64,000 nucleotides of DNA from Epiperipatus broadwayi (GCA_028023455.1 JAQFVV010000002.1:33418001-33482000), one strand, 5' to 3'; counted from the stretch's first letter, positions 36,666 through 52,180 are shown. Notes: generated from the letters alone by a model not told the origin. Made by a program: numbers and translations.

Positions 36666-39600
36666 ACTTTATTTTTTATTAAAATACCATATCTTTGTAA
36701 AATAAAAAAATTCAAAAAAAAAATTATCTTTCATGTTATCAAAACTTTGTATATTGAATAAATTCTAAATCACAGTTGATCTCTTATTTTTCAGATTTTT
36801 GTTGATCATATTTTTAATAGGGGGGGGGACGACGACAAATTTTCTATTTTATCTTCCCATTGTTAATAAATTCAATAAACAAAATTAGCTTAAAAAATAA
36901 AATATGAACTTTTTAACCAATGCGAAAAAAAGATGAATAACAGAAATTAATCAAAACAAAATTTCATTTTAGCATTCAAGCTAAAAAATAATAAAAAAAG
37001 TATTTTAACAGAAAAAAGTTAATCTCCAAAAATTCTGTATATTTAATACATATTTTGACAAATAACTTCAAATAATGACCCTTTTTGAAATTTTAACTTA
37101 TAATCACTCAAAAAAATCAAGTTATTATTTTCCAGTTTGTTTTTGATTTGGATAAATAAAACCAATGTAAAAATGTCATATCCTTATTTAGATAATAAAC
37201 AATTATATATAAACAAGTTGTTTTGTTTTTACAATATAAACAAAAGTGTATATTGTAAAATGCAATAATTCACTTTTGTTTCTCACAATATCAATTTCTT
37301 TAAAGAAATTTCTTGAATCTCACTTAGGTACTTTAATTATAAGTAATAAATTACATAAAGCCTTTTTTTAATTAGTTTCTACTATCAAATTTTGAAAACC
37401 GATTCCTGTCAACCTTTTTATTGTAATTGATCATGTAAATTATCAAAAATTTAATGAATTTCACTCTCTTCTTTCTCCATCGAATACACTAATAGAAATA
37501 TCTGTGGTCTAAATATCTTTAACCCTTCTCTGTCTTTTTTTAAGAACTTTACAATTCACTTTTGAGTTTATTCATTGCAAAAACTCTGTAGGCACTTGTA
37601 TGTATAATTTTCATCCATTAATCTGATTCATGTTTTGGAGGTGGGAAAATATGAACACAGTTGTGCCAAATTTTTCCCAAATTTATGAAGCACTGATTAA
37701 AATGTTTTCATGGAACACTACATTATATAAGCACACAACAGATGTTAATGATAGTAGAAGTATTGTAATCCTACAAAGATCCTATGTATACGTTGATTTG
37801 CTATTTCAAGTTTTGCATAAAACAAATGTCAATTAAAAACTTACCGTGAATGAAATTAAAATTTTGTATCATAATTTTAAAGATTTTATTTATGTTTTGT
37901 TATCTGTAACTCTCATGTCTGAATTTTCAGACGTTGCTTTACTGCAAATATTTTTTATTGTTATTATGTGTAACAAAATATTAAAGTCATGTATATAGAA
38001 TAAATCTAGTTTTAAAATATTAAAAAGAAAAATAAGAGTAAAGATAAAATGTGTTATTACTTTATTCTTTTAAAAATAAATATATATATTTTTTTAATAA
38101 AACAAAAATGTTGTTATGGAAGCCAACAGACGCTTTTGAAACTCGCCTGCTTTTCAAGAAATGGGGAAAAGAATTGTAACGTCACTTCCCATAATATCTC
38201 TTACTGTCAAGAAAATTTTATAAAGATTTTTAATTAATATCATGTGTTTCATGGAGTAGAGAATCCTACAGAATGCTTTCCCTGATCTTTCCAGTAGTGT
38301 AGATGAATCTAGAACTGTAGATTAAAAATATACCTTAAAATGTTAATCTTTATCTTGCCAATCTATCCATCATTATTGAATGCTGAAGAAATGTCTAATA
38401 TTTACTTGCTGAAGAAAGAAAAAAACTAGCCATCAAAGTTATTCCACGGAAATGTATTTCTATAATCAATAAGTGAATCTTATTTTAAAATGTTCAGAAG
38501 AAAACAGCAAAAGGAAATCCTCATCAGAAAAGTACCTCTGAAGAAACCAAAAGAAGTTAAAGCCATATATTGCCAGAAAACATTAAAATTTAATAATTAA
38601 TGGTTATGTCCCCATGTTTACAGATACAAAATATGCATGTGAGCTTACAAAGATGTTAAAGTAAATCAAATGAACTTTATAGATATTCTCAAAAAGATTT
38701 TAAGTTATAACCTCTCATGCGAGATTGCCATATGAGTTTATTAATTTGGAAATACTTTTTATTATCAGTCTTTATTGTTTGTAATTTTTCATACGGTCAA
38801 AGCTAATTATTTATTCATTAATGTAATAATTTATTAGGTGGAGAGAGGTAATGATCAGGAAATATAACAATATGTATGGGAACTTGTTTTTGTACATATT
38901 CAATTTGATTGTTACTCATGACTAGAAGTTACTTGTCAAAAATAAATTGTATGCTGTCACTCGTCACTCTACCATGTATATGGTCACTCGTTAGCTGTCC
39001 TTAAATTCCCCTAGATGAAAATTTAATTGCCAATAGCTCTTATTAATTTATTATTAATTGGTTTTAATGCCAATTGTTCATTATGGCGCTTACCGTTATA
39101 ATAGTGTTCCAATAAGGAAAATATTTGAGATCTATAAGTAGGTAAATCATTTATTCTATTTTAGATTTTATACTGATAAGAATATATTTAAATCCTGTTT
39201 AGGGGAAACCTTCTTTAATAATTTTGTACCTGTGTGAGCAACACATAGAATTACACATTATTCCATATACCTGTGATTTTTTTGTTATAACAGTATTTAA
39301 AAATAAATTTATTTAGAGACTGTTATCAGATATTGACAGTTGTTTTATACCTATTCATCCCCATATTTATGCATTCATATTTTGTTAAATAAAATTATTT
39401 AATTATTGTTTTAAAATAAAGACTGTGTTTTATTTATTTATCATCATCATTTTGATTCATTTATGGGATCACATAAATTTAATTACAAGCACATAATTTC
39501 CATTATGTTTTTAATAAAGTACTTAAGTGAATATTGTTTATTTTTAACAGTTCGGGAGAGCTCATCCCCACTGTTTTCAGTTTTATTTATATGCTGTGGG

Positions 39601-41879
39601 ATATGAACGGAGACAATCACAAAATGCCCATTTGTCATATCTCAAGAAACTTTACTAAATAAATTGTGTCTTTATGATATTCAAAAGTCCTGAGAAATAA
39701 CATAGATTAAAGAATTACTTTGTTGAATATGATATTATTACGCTAGCCAGATATAAAGTTTAAAGGAATCATTATATACTTATCAGCATATACAATGTCA
39801 GAAACGCTATATAAATCCTGAGATTTATTCGGAATAATAATGTTCACATGCAACAGTGTAATAATAGACATTATTCATATGGAAGTTGCTTTCCTTATTA
39901 ATTATTTTTAAAAGGTAAAGCTAAGATTTAAGTTATCACTGATTGGTGACTGACCATTGCAAAATATATATAGTCAATAGATCAAATTCACTCCCAGCAT
40001 ATACAAGTACAAATGCTAAGAGACCAGTGCTGCCATCTGTCTTTTGAGAATTCATTTACATTATATAACTTATTGGAAGCTTCAGTTTCTGTTCAGTTAT
40101 ACATAATCCGAATTATTTATTATTTATAAAAATAAAAAAATATATTTATTAAGAAGTAAAAAATAAGTATTTTGAGGCATGTGAATTAGCAAAGATATGT
40201 CATAAAAAATAGTAAAAGATTGTGTAGTGGTGCATATATTCTCACAATATGCTCCTTTCATTTTCTTTAATTCCATAATCTTTTCCCTTAAATTCTCACA
40301 CACATATATAATCGGCATGTTGTGTATTCAAATTAAAATAGAAAATATGATTAAAAGCAAACTTAAGATACAAATTCAAGCCAAAAGAAATAATTATGTA
40401 AAGTAAGTTAGGAGAACAATAGAAAAGAATTTGCTAATGGAATTACTCCATTAACTAAATAAAATTGGAGCCTTATTTTAAAATCAATTACAAAAATCAG
40501 CAATATAGTTTTGATTTAACACCTTTGTAGCAAGTGCACATCAAAAACATGCTAAAGTCAAAATAAAGACAAAAAAAGGCAGCAAATAAAGATAAAATAA
40601 AGTAAAAAGGAAAAATAAAGAAGAAGAAAACTAATAGAAAAGCTATTAACTCAAAAATCCATTAAAATCCATCTTGTAAATTGAAAAAGCCTCCCAAGGC
40701 AAAGTAAAGAGAAAAACTCAGAAAATACATTGTTAGGGATCATCTTGTCTTGAAATCAGGGGGTCTTGTCTTGATCATCAGTCAATCAATCACAATATAA
40801 TTTTAAGAAGCTACATACCAAAAATTATTGAGTAGTTTGACATCAGCTTTCCCAATGTTAGATCAGCATCCCTAAGATGAGATCCAGTGAGAGAGAAGAG
40901 TATGCCATGCTCCAGTCGTTTTGGTGTTGATAGCAGACCAAGCTGCCTGCAATTGATGGAGGAAAATGCTCCCCAAAATCATAGAGATGTTATCTATCAT
41001 TATAAACTTTCTTCTGTCAACTATATGAAGATTCCAGTAAACATTTACAAAGTTCTTTTATTTAATTATGAATTTAACCAACTTTATTAATCATAACTAT
41101 AATTTAAATAGGCATTAGTTTCCTTAAGTTTTAATATTTGCTGATTTCTTTTATAATGTAAGTTTGCTGGGTTAAAAGAAAAAAAAATAATTATTTTTAA
41201 ACGATTGCAGGACGATTTTAACAAAAATACAAACTCTATCTTGCATTTCTCTTTGTGATGTCTCAAGGGACCCAGGGAAGGAATTGAAGCCAAGAGTAGA
41301 GAGCATTTATACAAAAGTTCGTTTATATTACATTCATTTTACTCTTAGATTTTCTCTCCCCCCCCCCCATCATTTTAAGCAACGTTGTTTTTCTTTACTG
41401 CTGCAAGAAAAACTAGTAAGGATGATAAGTGATATTATTTTTTAGTAGTTTTTTTTATTTCAAATATATTTGCTTAGATGAAAATTATGATAAATAAAAT
41501 TGATTTTGTTTTATAGATTTCTCAGCAGGTAAAATATATTCATAACTTATTTGCATATAACAATCCCTGTTCTCAAGTATATATGTATATCAGATTACTC
41601 TATATATGTAAACCGGAGTGAATCGCAATTTCTATAATTTTATGAATTTAATATTGTAGAGACAGGATCAAAGATCAGTCACTATGGGTTGGTAATCCCT
41701 CCCTTATTATAATAGATTTAGCTGGATTAAGAAGCTAAGTATGGATAGATGAGCTAAAGCTCATATATTTATGTCATTACATTGGAACATGTGCGTTACA
41801 ATTGTACAATATTTCGTTACTTAAATTTAGCGTAAGCGTAACTTAGTTTAATATATCCATTATTGTTTACTGCATAAGA

Positions 41880-44800
41880 CAGGCATGGGCAACCTTTCCT
41901 AGTTCAGGGGCCAAATTTATCTTTCTGACTTCGAGTCAAGAGCCGAACCAAATAATTAAATAGTACAATATAATAGTGAATGATAAAGGGCTACATAAAT
42001 TTCGTAACAATTTAATTTGAGGATTAGCCTTGTACTTCAACAATGAGACTATCAATGTTGATGGGAATACTGCTTAAGGGCAATCACATAGAATTTTCAA
42101 GGTTTTTGTCCATTATTCTTGTCTGAATTTCTGATTTATTAAATTTCATTCTAAAAAAAAACTGTTCACACATATATGTGCTACCAAAAAGACAAATAAT
42201 TTTTCTTGAAAAGGCACGAAAATTTTCTATATTTTTCTTCCACCAAATGCTTATAAAAATCCATCAAAGCAATGTTGTTAAACTGTAATTTTAGCACTAA
42301 ATCTGCTTAAAGCTCAATAAGTTCCATCTGTAATTTTTCTGGCACATTATTTATATCAGCATCCATCTGATGAAAAAATATAGTTTTTTTTGGAAGTCAG
42401 TGAACCTTGTATCAAATTGCTCTATTAATGCCTTCAGTTCATTTCCATAACAATTATAAGGGATATTTTTATGAGTTGCTAGAGTAGGAGGCTTTCCAAC
42501 AATTTTAGTTTATTACAAAAGCACTGACATGTCCATACAGTTCATGAATCAACTGTCCTGGTTTTTGTAATTTAAGATTTTCATTTAGGTATCCAGTGAT
42601 ATCTTCAAGGAATGCTAAATCAAACACCCACTCATAATCTCTTACTTGGTTAATTGTTTATCCTTTTTATGTCCATAAAATCTGCTGTCTTGTCTCAGAT
42701 CATAAATCATTTTAACCTTTTACTTTTCCTCAACCATCTCACTTCACAATAAGACACATTTTCATAATCTGAAAATAAGTCTGCCAAATATTCCTTAAAT
42801 TGCAGTGATTAAGTACATGGGACTTAATAAAGTTAATACTGGCTACTACAACTTCCATAATATTTCTAAATTTAATTGATTTTGCACACATATTTTGTTA
42901 GTGAATAATGCAATGAAAATTTGTTAAATTTTTCAGATGGATCTGTAATTCTATTACTTTTTCATGAACTATTCCAATAAATCCCTTCCATGCACCAACC
43001 ATTGCAGGGGCTCCATCAGTGCATATGTCAGATAGTGAAATCTATTTAATCCCAAATATCTTGATGACTGTTTTGACTTCTTCAAATATATCTTCATCAA
43101 TAATTGTCTGTTTTAGGGCCAAAGTAAAATTCTTCTGTGGTATTAAATCCACATCAACTCCCTGAATAAATATTGCTAGTTATGCTGTATCAGAGGCATC
43201 AGTGCTGTCATCCAAAGCAATTGAAAATGCTTTGAATCTAGCAATCTTCTCTTTTAAACTTTTTTGGATATCATCAGACATGATTTCTATCCACCGGATA
43301 ACAGTACAGCTTGACAAACTAATATTCTCAAAATCTTTTTTTTTCAGGACATATATTTGCAACATTCAACAGACATTCTTGGATAAAATTCTCCTTCACC
43401 AAATCATTTAGAATGCTTAGCAAATTTTTCATTTAACACAAAGCTGGCTTTCACAATGCTTCCATGCTGCATTTATTACTTGAACATTTTCTGCTGGGTA
43501 TCCAAGTTCTTCAATTTCTCTATTTCATCTTTTCGTAGTTGCCCATCAATTTTTTTGTGATCCGCATGTTTTGAAGTAAAGTGTCACTTCAAGTTGTATT
43601 ATTTATTGAGATATGAATTCATTGCACAGCAAACATATAGGCAAACCTTTATTCAGAATAAAATAGTACTTGTCTGTCCAGCTGTCTTGAAATTGATGAT
43701 TCTCTGTATCTACTTTTTTTTTTAGTTAATCCCTGACATTGTTCTAAATTTCAAAGCTATATATTCAGAACTGTCAAACAGCTGTTTTTAACATTGCAGA
43801 TACTGAACAAAAAACAATATAAATGCAAGCACTTAACAAGGCACAAACCCAATGTAAATATTAAAATTAAAAAAACTGATTTTTACATTCCAGATAGAAC
43901 ACAATATAAATGCATGCACTGAACAAGGCACAACCCCAATGCAACTATCAAAATGACCCATTCTAACATGTTCACACACTGCTAGTCAAAATGAAAAAGA
44001 GATCTTGATGAGAGAAAACAAGATGTGTTTTGCAGTGTCATATGATGTCAGCTTAACTATTCAAAATATTAATTCTGAAAAGAGCTAAATAAGACAAAAA
44101 AAAAAAGTGATTTTCAGTAATTGTTAATGATTATGACATAATATTTTTGTAAAATATTTATTATTAAACCAAAAAGTGCATCACTAGTAGGGAATTGTCT
44201 TTGAAAATATTTTCTTTTAAAAAAGATTGCTGGTAGGAATATGAGAAAGCAGAAATCGCCATTGCTGGCTTTACAAAAATTGCTTTTGCAAAAACAGTAG
44301 GGAATATTTTTTTAATAACAGTAAATAATGTATTAACTTTTATAATTTCTTTTGTTTCTTTGATGATAATTAGTTGTGAATGTATCATTTTTTTAATGTT
44401 ATAAATGTCTAATATTTCATTCTATGCCACAACATTTTAACTTGGTCCGTAAATTTTCAAAGATTACACAAATACGGTAATCACCAAATATATTTATTAA
44501 AAGGTAATCTTACGCGGATTTATTTCAGCCAAATGTACGCTGAATTAAATTACTAAACCAGATTAAACAGGGACACTCGAATATGACATTTAATATATTT
44601 TATTATATTCACTTTTAATTGAAAAATTAAAAAAAAACATATTTTCTTTTCCTATAGCATTCCCAACTGACTCAAATCTTTTTTATACATATATAAAGAA
44701 CAAATACAAGCTTAAATTAAATGCAAACATTATCTTTTTTTTTTTTTAAATACAGTGCAAATTATTTAACTAATATTCTTTTCATTGATCTTTCAAGATC

Positions 44801-45960
44801 GAGCAGTTAACATTATTAAGAAAAATCTAATCTGATTCACACATGAATTACAATAAAATGCATATAAAAAAGATATTTAAAGCATATATGAGTTTAAACC
44901 CCTCTCCCTTTGTTTTAACTAATTTAACATAATATAATAAAATTCCCAGCAATAATCCCACACTCTATTGTTGAAACATTTAAGACACTTAATAGTATAT
45001 ATCTATTTCTATTACGCAAAATGGAATCAAAGTTCACTCAGTAACAATTTATAGCTACCCTGATCGATCAGTGACGGTCCTGTGGGAGAAGTATTTCATC
45101 CTCTGCTTGTCGTGGTTTGACCAGTCACTAACTTCAGCAAAATTTCAATTAATCTCAAACAAAAAACAATCCCGTAATTTATAGTTTTTTCCCCCAATGT
45201 TACTTATAATCCTGAGGAAACATTCCAAACTGATGAGCGTAATAGATAGCACAAAAATACCTCCACTATCAAAGTTTCAACAATAGAGCTAATTGCAGAA
45301 AAATTCTATATTGTACTTTCTTTCTCCTTCTATCTTTAAGAATTTCTAAGAATTAGAAATAAAACAAAAAACAAACTTTTATAAAAAAAAAAAAAAACCC
45401 TACAAGATCTTATGTTTTGTCCCCCCCCCCCCTTTTTTTTTTAAATCTCGATTTAATTGATTTCAAAACTTTTAAAATTCCCTTTAAAAAAAGAAGTTTT
45501 ACTATTTATTTTTAGTATAAAAAATATAAGTTTTATTATAAAATAATATATATGCGATTTTAATAATATATATATATGCATATATATGTATGAATATGAG
45601 CTGGCAGAAAAATACCAGCTCAATTCTAACCATTTCAATATGTTCCATACAGCTAATTAAGACGTGTTTTTTTGTTATCGCTAAGAACTTCATTTTCATA
45701 TTTATTTTCACTATTTTAAAGTACCAATAATTTTAGTTTTTTAATTTTAATCATTAAAAGATTTAAATAAAGATATAAAATATAAATTTATTAAACAACA
45801 CAATTATTTAATTGCACAAAAAGTAAAAATCAAACGTAACTCTCGCTAGGCTCTATTCAAAAATTTGACAATCGGAATCAAACATGGCTGAAATAAATTA
45901 GTGGTGGGTCGGATTAAAAGTCGTTAAGGGCCGGATCTGGCCCGAGGTTGCCCATATGTG
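41880..45960 (-). mobile_element. hAT-superfamily DNA transposon (Charlie/SPIN-like), both ends present
   Basis: TIRs CAGGCATGGGCAACC / CACATATGGGCAACC (12/15). Perfect 8-bp TSD GCATAAGA (41872-41879, 45961-45968). Internal transposase pseudogene. Confidence 0.92.
42014..43739 (-). pseudogene. Disrupted hAT transposase (GTF2IRD2-like/Charlie-type)
   Basis: Motifs WTDKYYF..PICLLC (BED-like finger), FSIALDDSTDASDTA and FGSTYMCEQ.F..MK. Multiple stops and frameshifts. Confidence 0.88.
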
Positions 45961-47547
45961 GCATAAGAGATGTGCATTGACAGGGGCTATTTCAAATACT
46001 TCATTAAATTATAAGAGGGTTCTCTCGTCTTAGTTTATGCAGTGTCCACTGCTTGTTATATATATTATATGTGCCCAGTGAGTCTGTAATAATTAAAATA
46101 TATAAATATTATCACAGACAAGATAGAGCTGTAGGACTGCAGATCCCAGCCCTAAATCCTAGTGTATCCCATATATATACTTTTTTCATATGATGCGCCT
46201 ATGGTTAGAAGCAGGAACATCCCTCGACGTAGGACATCTATACTCATTCCGTGAATCATATATCCAGATCACAAAGCTGAGCTCACTTCTTGATGCCATT
46301 GACCCACACATAATTAATGCAGTCAGCAATATCTTTTTATTCCTCCCTATTATATATACACCTACGCATCTAGCCATAATCCTATGTTACATTATATCTA
46401 GCTCAGATACCAAAAGATTCCATAGAAATAATAAACTATATTAAAAAAAATGTAATTGATATTAAATCATAATGATGTGATAAATATTCTTGTCATTACT
46501 CTATTGATAAAAAATAGGATACCCTTACTTTATTAATTATGAATATCAGTCATCCATAATTATATATATCTGTAAAGTCCAGTAAACAGTCTCTAACCTT
46601 AGTGTGTACATAAGCAAGCCACTTTGTTAATTTATAATTATTAATAAATATTAATTTATAGAATATAATTCATTGTCCTTCTCATTGTTGTCGGAATCAT
46701 ATAATCAAGGTTAAATAATAGTTAGAGTCTGTGTATATACCTGAGCTAAACAGAGGTATATAAGAAGAAGCAGCAGTGTGACCTCAAGGTGTTAATTATG
46801 TAAAAGAGACTAGGAAGTCTAGGCCTGGGTTTAAACTAGGATCATAGGGGTATCGATACCTCTACACACGCTGGTTGAGAGTGTTTGCTTGGTCTTTCGG
46901 TCTTGTCAGCAAAATTATACGTTTGACCATTACAATAGAGAAAATCTTAAAAAATAAGAGTAACTATGACTATTTGTGTAGAATACTTATTTTTAGTCAG
47001 ATGTGTCACTTGTATAGTGAATTATATATTTAGATTACATTATTGTACTGCTTATTATAATTTTATAGATATAGTGTATCCACATACATTATCAAAGAAT
47101 ATAAATGTAAACAAACTACTTGAATTGTCTGATTATGTAACTTTTTATTATAATCGAGACAAAACAATATAAACAAATATGGTGTTTATCTATTAAAAAA
47201 ATTACATAATCTAAATACGTCAACAATTAATGTGGGTTAGAAGATTTTATTCAAAACTATTCAAACAATTGAAACACTGATTTAATCTTATCACATTTTA
47301 TAAAGATATGAGAACTGCCAACAAAAACAGCAATGCAAATGACCTCAGTGTGCAAAAGATGTCTGCATGATGCACAGGGGGCAATGTTAGTGGACAATGG
47401 TGGTTTTATAGAATTTGGGATGAAAGGTGTGATGATAAATTTTTTTAAAAATTGGAATAAGGATTTTGATATGAAAACTAAAGTTTAAATATAAAAACCT
47501 ACTTACTGAACCTGTCTATTGTCATTAGTTTACTTTTAACACAATGT

Positions 47548-47855
47548 TTTTAGAGAGGGTTTGAACACAGACTTTTAGCTATCCACTTTATCTTATATAA
47601 TCGATACATATGACCACATACCTATGAAAAAGATAATATGGATGGGTAAAGAGTTGGAGGGTGAAGAAGACTGAGCATTAATTATATATACATGGGAGAT
47701 GATGATCTGGACGCACTGATGAGTACTGTTTCAGCATGAAATATATATATTGGAGATCATTTATCTGTTTCACATGTGATCTTGTGTATCGGTTATATCT
47801 GAAGGCAGCTTGAAAGTCTGTGTTCAAATCCTCTCTAATTACATTTAAAGAATAG
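47548..47855. mobile_element. HHR-3 family inverted pair
   Basis: Plus arm CTGATGA-GTACTG-ttt-CAGCAT-GAAA-TATATATA-TTGG. The 3' end aaagtctgtgttcaaatcctctcta is mirrored at 47548-47580. Confidence 0.75.
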
Positions 47856-47962
47856 TATATACCTTATACCTGTATTCAAACCTCACAATGTTTTTAAAAG
47901 ATACAAACATTGCATTCTTATGCATAGTGGGCTTTATTTTAATAAAATTATCCCCTTCTATT

Positions 47963-48515
47963 AATAGTCAAAATAGGAGTCATAGATCACACGACCCTAT
48001 GCTCTTAAGCTTGTAAGTTATAAACAATGAGGATTGCCAATTCCTCAACAAGCTTTGTGATAAATGCTTAGCTAGAGAAAGCATTTAAAGTATCTCTGTC
48101 AGACCCCCCCCCCCAATCTCTGACCATGGTTTTGTGCTCTGGCACTCCTCAGAGAGGTGCTAGGGTAGGTTCAGACACTAGATCTAAAAACACCAACCCA
48201 AAGCCAAGCATTTAACTAAAAGTTATCTATTGAATGGAAAATCTGAAATTTTCAGACACCTACATGTCTTCAAACCCAGCTATCCAACTCAAATAGCTAT
48301 ATGGGGCTGAGAAATCTTCAGCCATAACATATATTAGTAGTCTTAGCAATATAACATTGCATAAGACCTACCCTAGCACCTCTCTGAGGAGTGCCAGAGC
48401 ACAAAAACATGGTCAGAGGTTGGGGGGGGGGGGTCCTGATAGAGATACTTTAAATGCTTTCTCTAGCTAAGCATTTATCACAAAGCTTGTTGAGGAATTG
48501 GCAATCCTCATTGTT
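47963..48515. mobile_element. HHR-2 family fold-back insertion, hammerheads at 48117-48157 (-) and 48379-48419 (+)
   Basis: Arms of about 150 nt are nearly identical. The tail is only on the left and the inverted arm stops at CATTGTTT. TSD-like ccccttctatt (47952-47962) / ccccattctatt (48524-48535). Confidence 0.82.
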
Positions 48516-50504
48516 TTTTTTACCCCCATTCTATTGTTTTTTTTTTTTGTTATTCTTGTTCTTTTTTTAGACTAACGCCCGTAAAATTTTTTTAGAATTG
48601 TACAAAATTTACAATCATTTGCTTACTCTTTTTATAGTTTAGTATCGTTTGTTCAGTAAGTAATAATACAAATATCCAACTTTTTCAACAGCAATGAAGA
48701 ATCAACCAACACTGAAATACCCCCACCCAACCCAAATCACCATCACATATCTTTTTAATTGACAGTTTATCCAAATTCCTGTATATAATCCTAGAGTAAG
48801 CTATTACATTTCAAAACTTTGTATAAAATAACTAAATTTATGTAACGTTCAAATTTGTTTATTAAGTGCCTAAATTGTGAAATTAACAAGAAAGGATTTC
48901 ACCTTTTTAACATATGCACCTTACTGTTAAAAAGTTGCACAAAAAATTAATTTTTAACAAGAATAAATCCTAAATTTCTTAAATAAAAAAGTCAAAATAT
49001 GTTGAACTTATTCTTTTTTGCCCCCACAAAATTTAGTTTTCAAAAGTAGAATGCTTATTGAACAATGAAACATCTTGAATGATGCCAAATGAAGTACTTC
49101 CATTACTGAAGTTGATGCATCCTGTAATTCTATAATCCAAAATTTAGTTTCCAGGAATAGAAATACTATAGCGCATGTAAAATGTGGTTGCAACTTCAGT
49201 TAAAAAAAAGAAAGCAATCGTAATAGTATATATTTTTCAAATCATATATATTCATTCCTATTAAAATATAGTACGTATATATGAAACAAAAGAGACATAA
49301 AATTTAACAAAGAAAAAGAATTAAACAATCACGGCAATCAATTAAAAATTTTTCTTAAAAGTGAAACCAAGCTCCATGGTCTTATTTGTGACAATATAAT
49401 AACTTTCTTAATCATTTCTTTAAAATGCAACTTATATATCTTGCATATTTCACATATTTTTACTTCCTCCATTTAAAATGATGTGTTTTAGAAAGTAATG
49501 TAAACTTCCATAAAGATTCCTAAAACTGTTAAAAGATCGTGAAATCGGGTAATGTTGAAACGAGTTGAATTCTGACAAATTCCAGTGTAATATCACATTC
49601 ACGGGAATTTATCCAGTTAGGTAATAAGTAGTTTCACAATGTTCCCGCAGGATTCTTCCCATAATAAATGAACATATATGCATCAACTAACTGTTAATTT
49701 GCTTACTTTCAATCCAAGGTAGGAATCTATCCCACCACGATTGGAGCTGATTCAATTTTGCAAGACTTTTCTCTCCATAGTATCTAATATAAAAATGCCA
49801 AACAATTTAACCTGTACATTTTCTATTAAGCTATCTATAAAATATAGACTATTGATTTGCTCACTTTTATATCAATAATACTTTGGAGTCCTATGAATAG
49901 TCATTCTGAAGTCGTATTTTCTCTCAGGGCAAATTTTATATTTTTTTCTTATAAATAGATTGTCAAGTTAATTGCTTTGTTATAAGGACTACTTAAATCC
50001 TTTACAATATTCAGGTATTGTGTTTATTACTATATAAATTATGTTTCTATCTGTTAAACAGACTAATAACAACTGATTTAAAGTGTCTAATATCTTCATC
50101 CTGGATTTTTATTTTAAGACAACTTATTATACTTTCAATTATGTCAGCAAACTTTCAAAGCAGGTAAAATAAAAATGCATCTGACTGCCGCTGACTTGTT
50201 TTAAATGCATTTCACGGAAATTCAGAAACTTGAAATATAGTGCTGATAACTTATGAGGATTATAACTTCTTTATTATAACTGTTTCGTCAACGGTTTTCA
50301 ATTCAGCAATGATGATGATTATCGGAACCATACATGTCTTTTTCCTAAAAGTTCAAAAACCTTTTATAACTCAAAAATAATCAAACAGTTAACTTTGAAA
50401 TTCATAAGAAGATCATGCACCAAAAGTGACTAAGTGGACATAATCTGTGGATGCTGCGTTCCAGATCGCCATTTTGTACTAAACTGTTCTATGAATTTAA
50501 AATG

Positions 50505-50795
50505 TTTCCATACAGTAGCGCCATTCAGTGCAAGCTAGAGTAATCAATGAATGCAGGAAGATTTATGAATAAAATCCCTATTTAGTGCCTACTCGTCCAA
50601 TATCGCCAGACTAGTTTCTAGCTTGGGGCTTTGATCAGTGACGATCCTTGGATCTGAGAGTACTGCACCTAGATCTTTGGATTTAATGCAACCCTCCAAC
50701 AGCCACCTTTTACCTTATTAGCTAACTATAAAGCTTCGAGTCCAAAATGAAAACGCAATAATGTTTTCAAGCTAAACTACTATATGGAGAGTTTG
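50505..50795. mobile_element. Older diverged HHR-1 family copy
   Basis: Aligns by eye to 63660-63900 with many substitutions; the core is degenerate (CTGATCA). Confidence 0.7.
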
Positions 50796-51727
50796 CCTCT
50801 GTGGATGTGATGTTGGATGGTTAAATTTAAAATGTTTTGGTATTTACTTCATTATTTCATCAGTTTTTGATATCATGTATTCATAATAATATCACTGCAG
50901 TTTAAAGACAAGCAGTTAGAGTATATTTAAACAATAATTAATAATAGATTCTTTTAGTTGTTACTTTGGTACATTTTTTTATTATCTATTAGTCATGCTT
51001 ATCTTAGCGTCTAAACGTTTTGCAGAAAATGCAAATGGATATAGGATCTTATGAAATTGTCTATTCCATTCTAAAATTAACATGGGTGAATTTTCAACCA
51101 ATGCCAGAGATATTCAATTCTTGCTTTTCAAATCAATCACTAAATAAAATGGAAACAATTTCCCTGCATATTAAATATTTATAAAATATTCAGCTATATG
51201 TTGAAATAAATGTGTTTATGTTGATGAAAAATCTCGAAATAAACCAATTGGTTTATGTCATCATATATAAAAAAAAATAGAGTATTATAATTGCAAATTA
51301 AGACATACATATCGAAATTATCTCAAAAATTGAAATCAATCTTTAAAAAAAAAAAGGTAATGAGAAAATCTTTGGCAAAAATCAGTCCATATAAGTAATT
51401 AGCTAATCTATTATCTTTCATTTTCAGGGGGAATAAAACCAAAAACTTGCTTTGAAAATAAAAAACACAAGAATATTTGTCTCTACTAAAAATTGTAGAA
51501 TATTGTGTGTTATATATCATTATAAATATTGGGAAATCCCATCAAAGTAATTGATTTGAATAACTATCCTACATCTAAACTAGGAGATTCTTAGGAAAGT
51601 AAACTATTCAAGGTGATTTATATTCATTGATAGAAACCCAAGTGCAAAGAGCTCGAAATATTTCCTTCTACTATGAGAGTCATAATGAAATAGAAAAGCC
51701 ACTAATAGGAAATAATACTTTTAATTT

Positions 51728-52180
51728 ATCACATGATCACCATTTCTTATACTAGCACATAAAAAACACCCAACACACCCCCCCAACCTTTTTTTTTTTT
51801 GGGGGTTTTTTGTGGGGCTGTGATGTTTAGTGGTTTAACACCAATCCTGTCTAATAAGATAGTGGTGGCTATGATTGTTAAAGAGCCAAAGACACCAAAA
51901 TGTATGGGTGCTGAATTGAGTTCAGACCCATATGACTATATAATATTTTCAATTTCATTCTCATAGTTTTGTAGTAAAGTAGAGTTTAAAAGGTGGCTGC
52001 TCTAGGTGCAGTGCTCCCAGATCCAAAGCTCCTCACTGACGAAGGCCACAAGCCATTAACTAGTCTGGGATATTGGATGAGTAGGCATTAGATAGGGATT
52101 TTATGCACAAGCTTTCTGGCATCCATTGATTACTCTGGTTGGCACAGGGTGGCCCTATTGTATGGAGAGTTTTTACTTTT
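51728..52180. mobile_element. HHR-1 family: inverted tail, low-complexity linker, near-full sense monomer
   Basis: Tail atcacatgatcacc.. (-) at 51728-51765. The sense copy starts gtgatgtttagtggtttaacacc at 51820; its GAAA is mutated. Confidence 0.8.

Noticed and set aside
38530-38570. Minus-strand MALTSFGFFRG followed by GT as carrier exon 1
   Set aside because: Only MAL matches the expected N-terminus and the donor is weak.
46190-46444. 84-aa ORF as a gene or endogenous viral element
   Set aside because: No recognisable motif or splice signals; it would need a database hit.
46870-46905. Minus-strand CTGACAAGACCGAAAG as a hammerhead
   Set aside because: The core is mismatched and there is no room for stem II.
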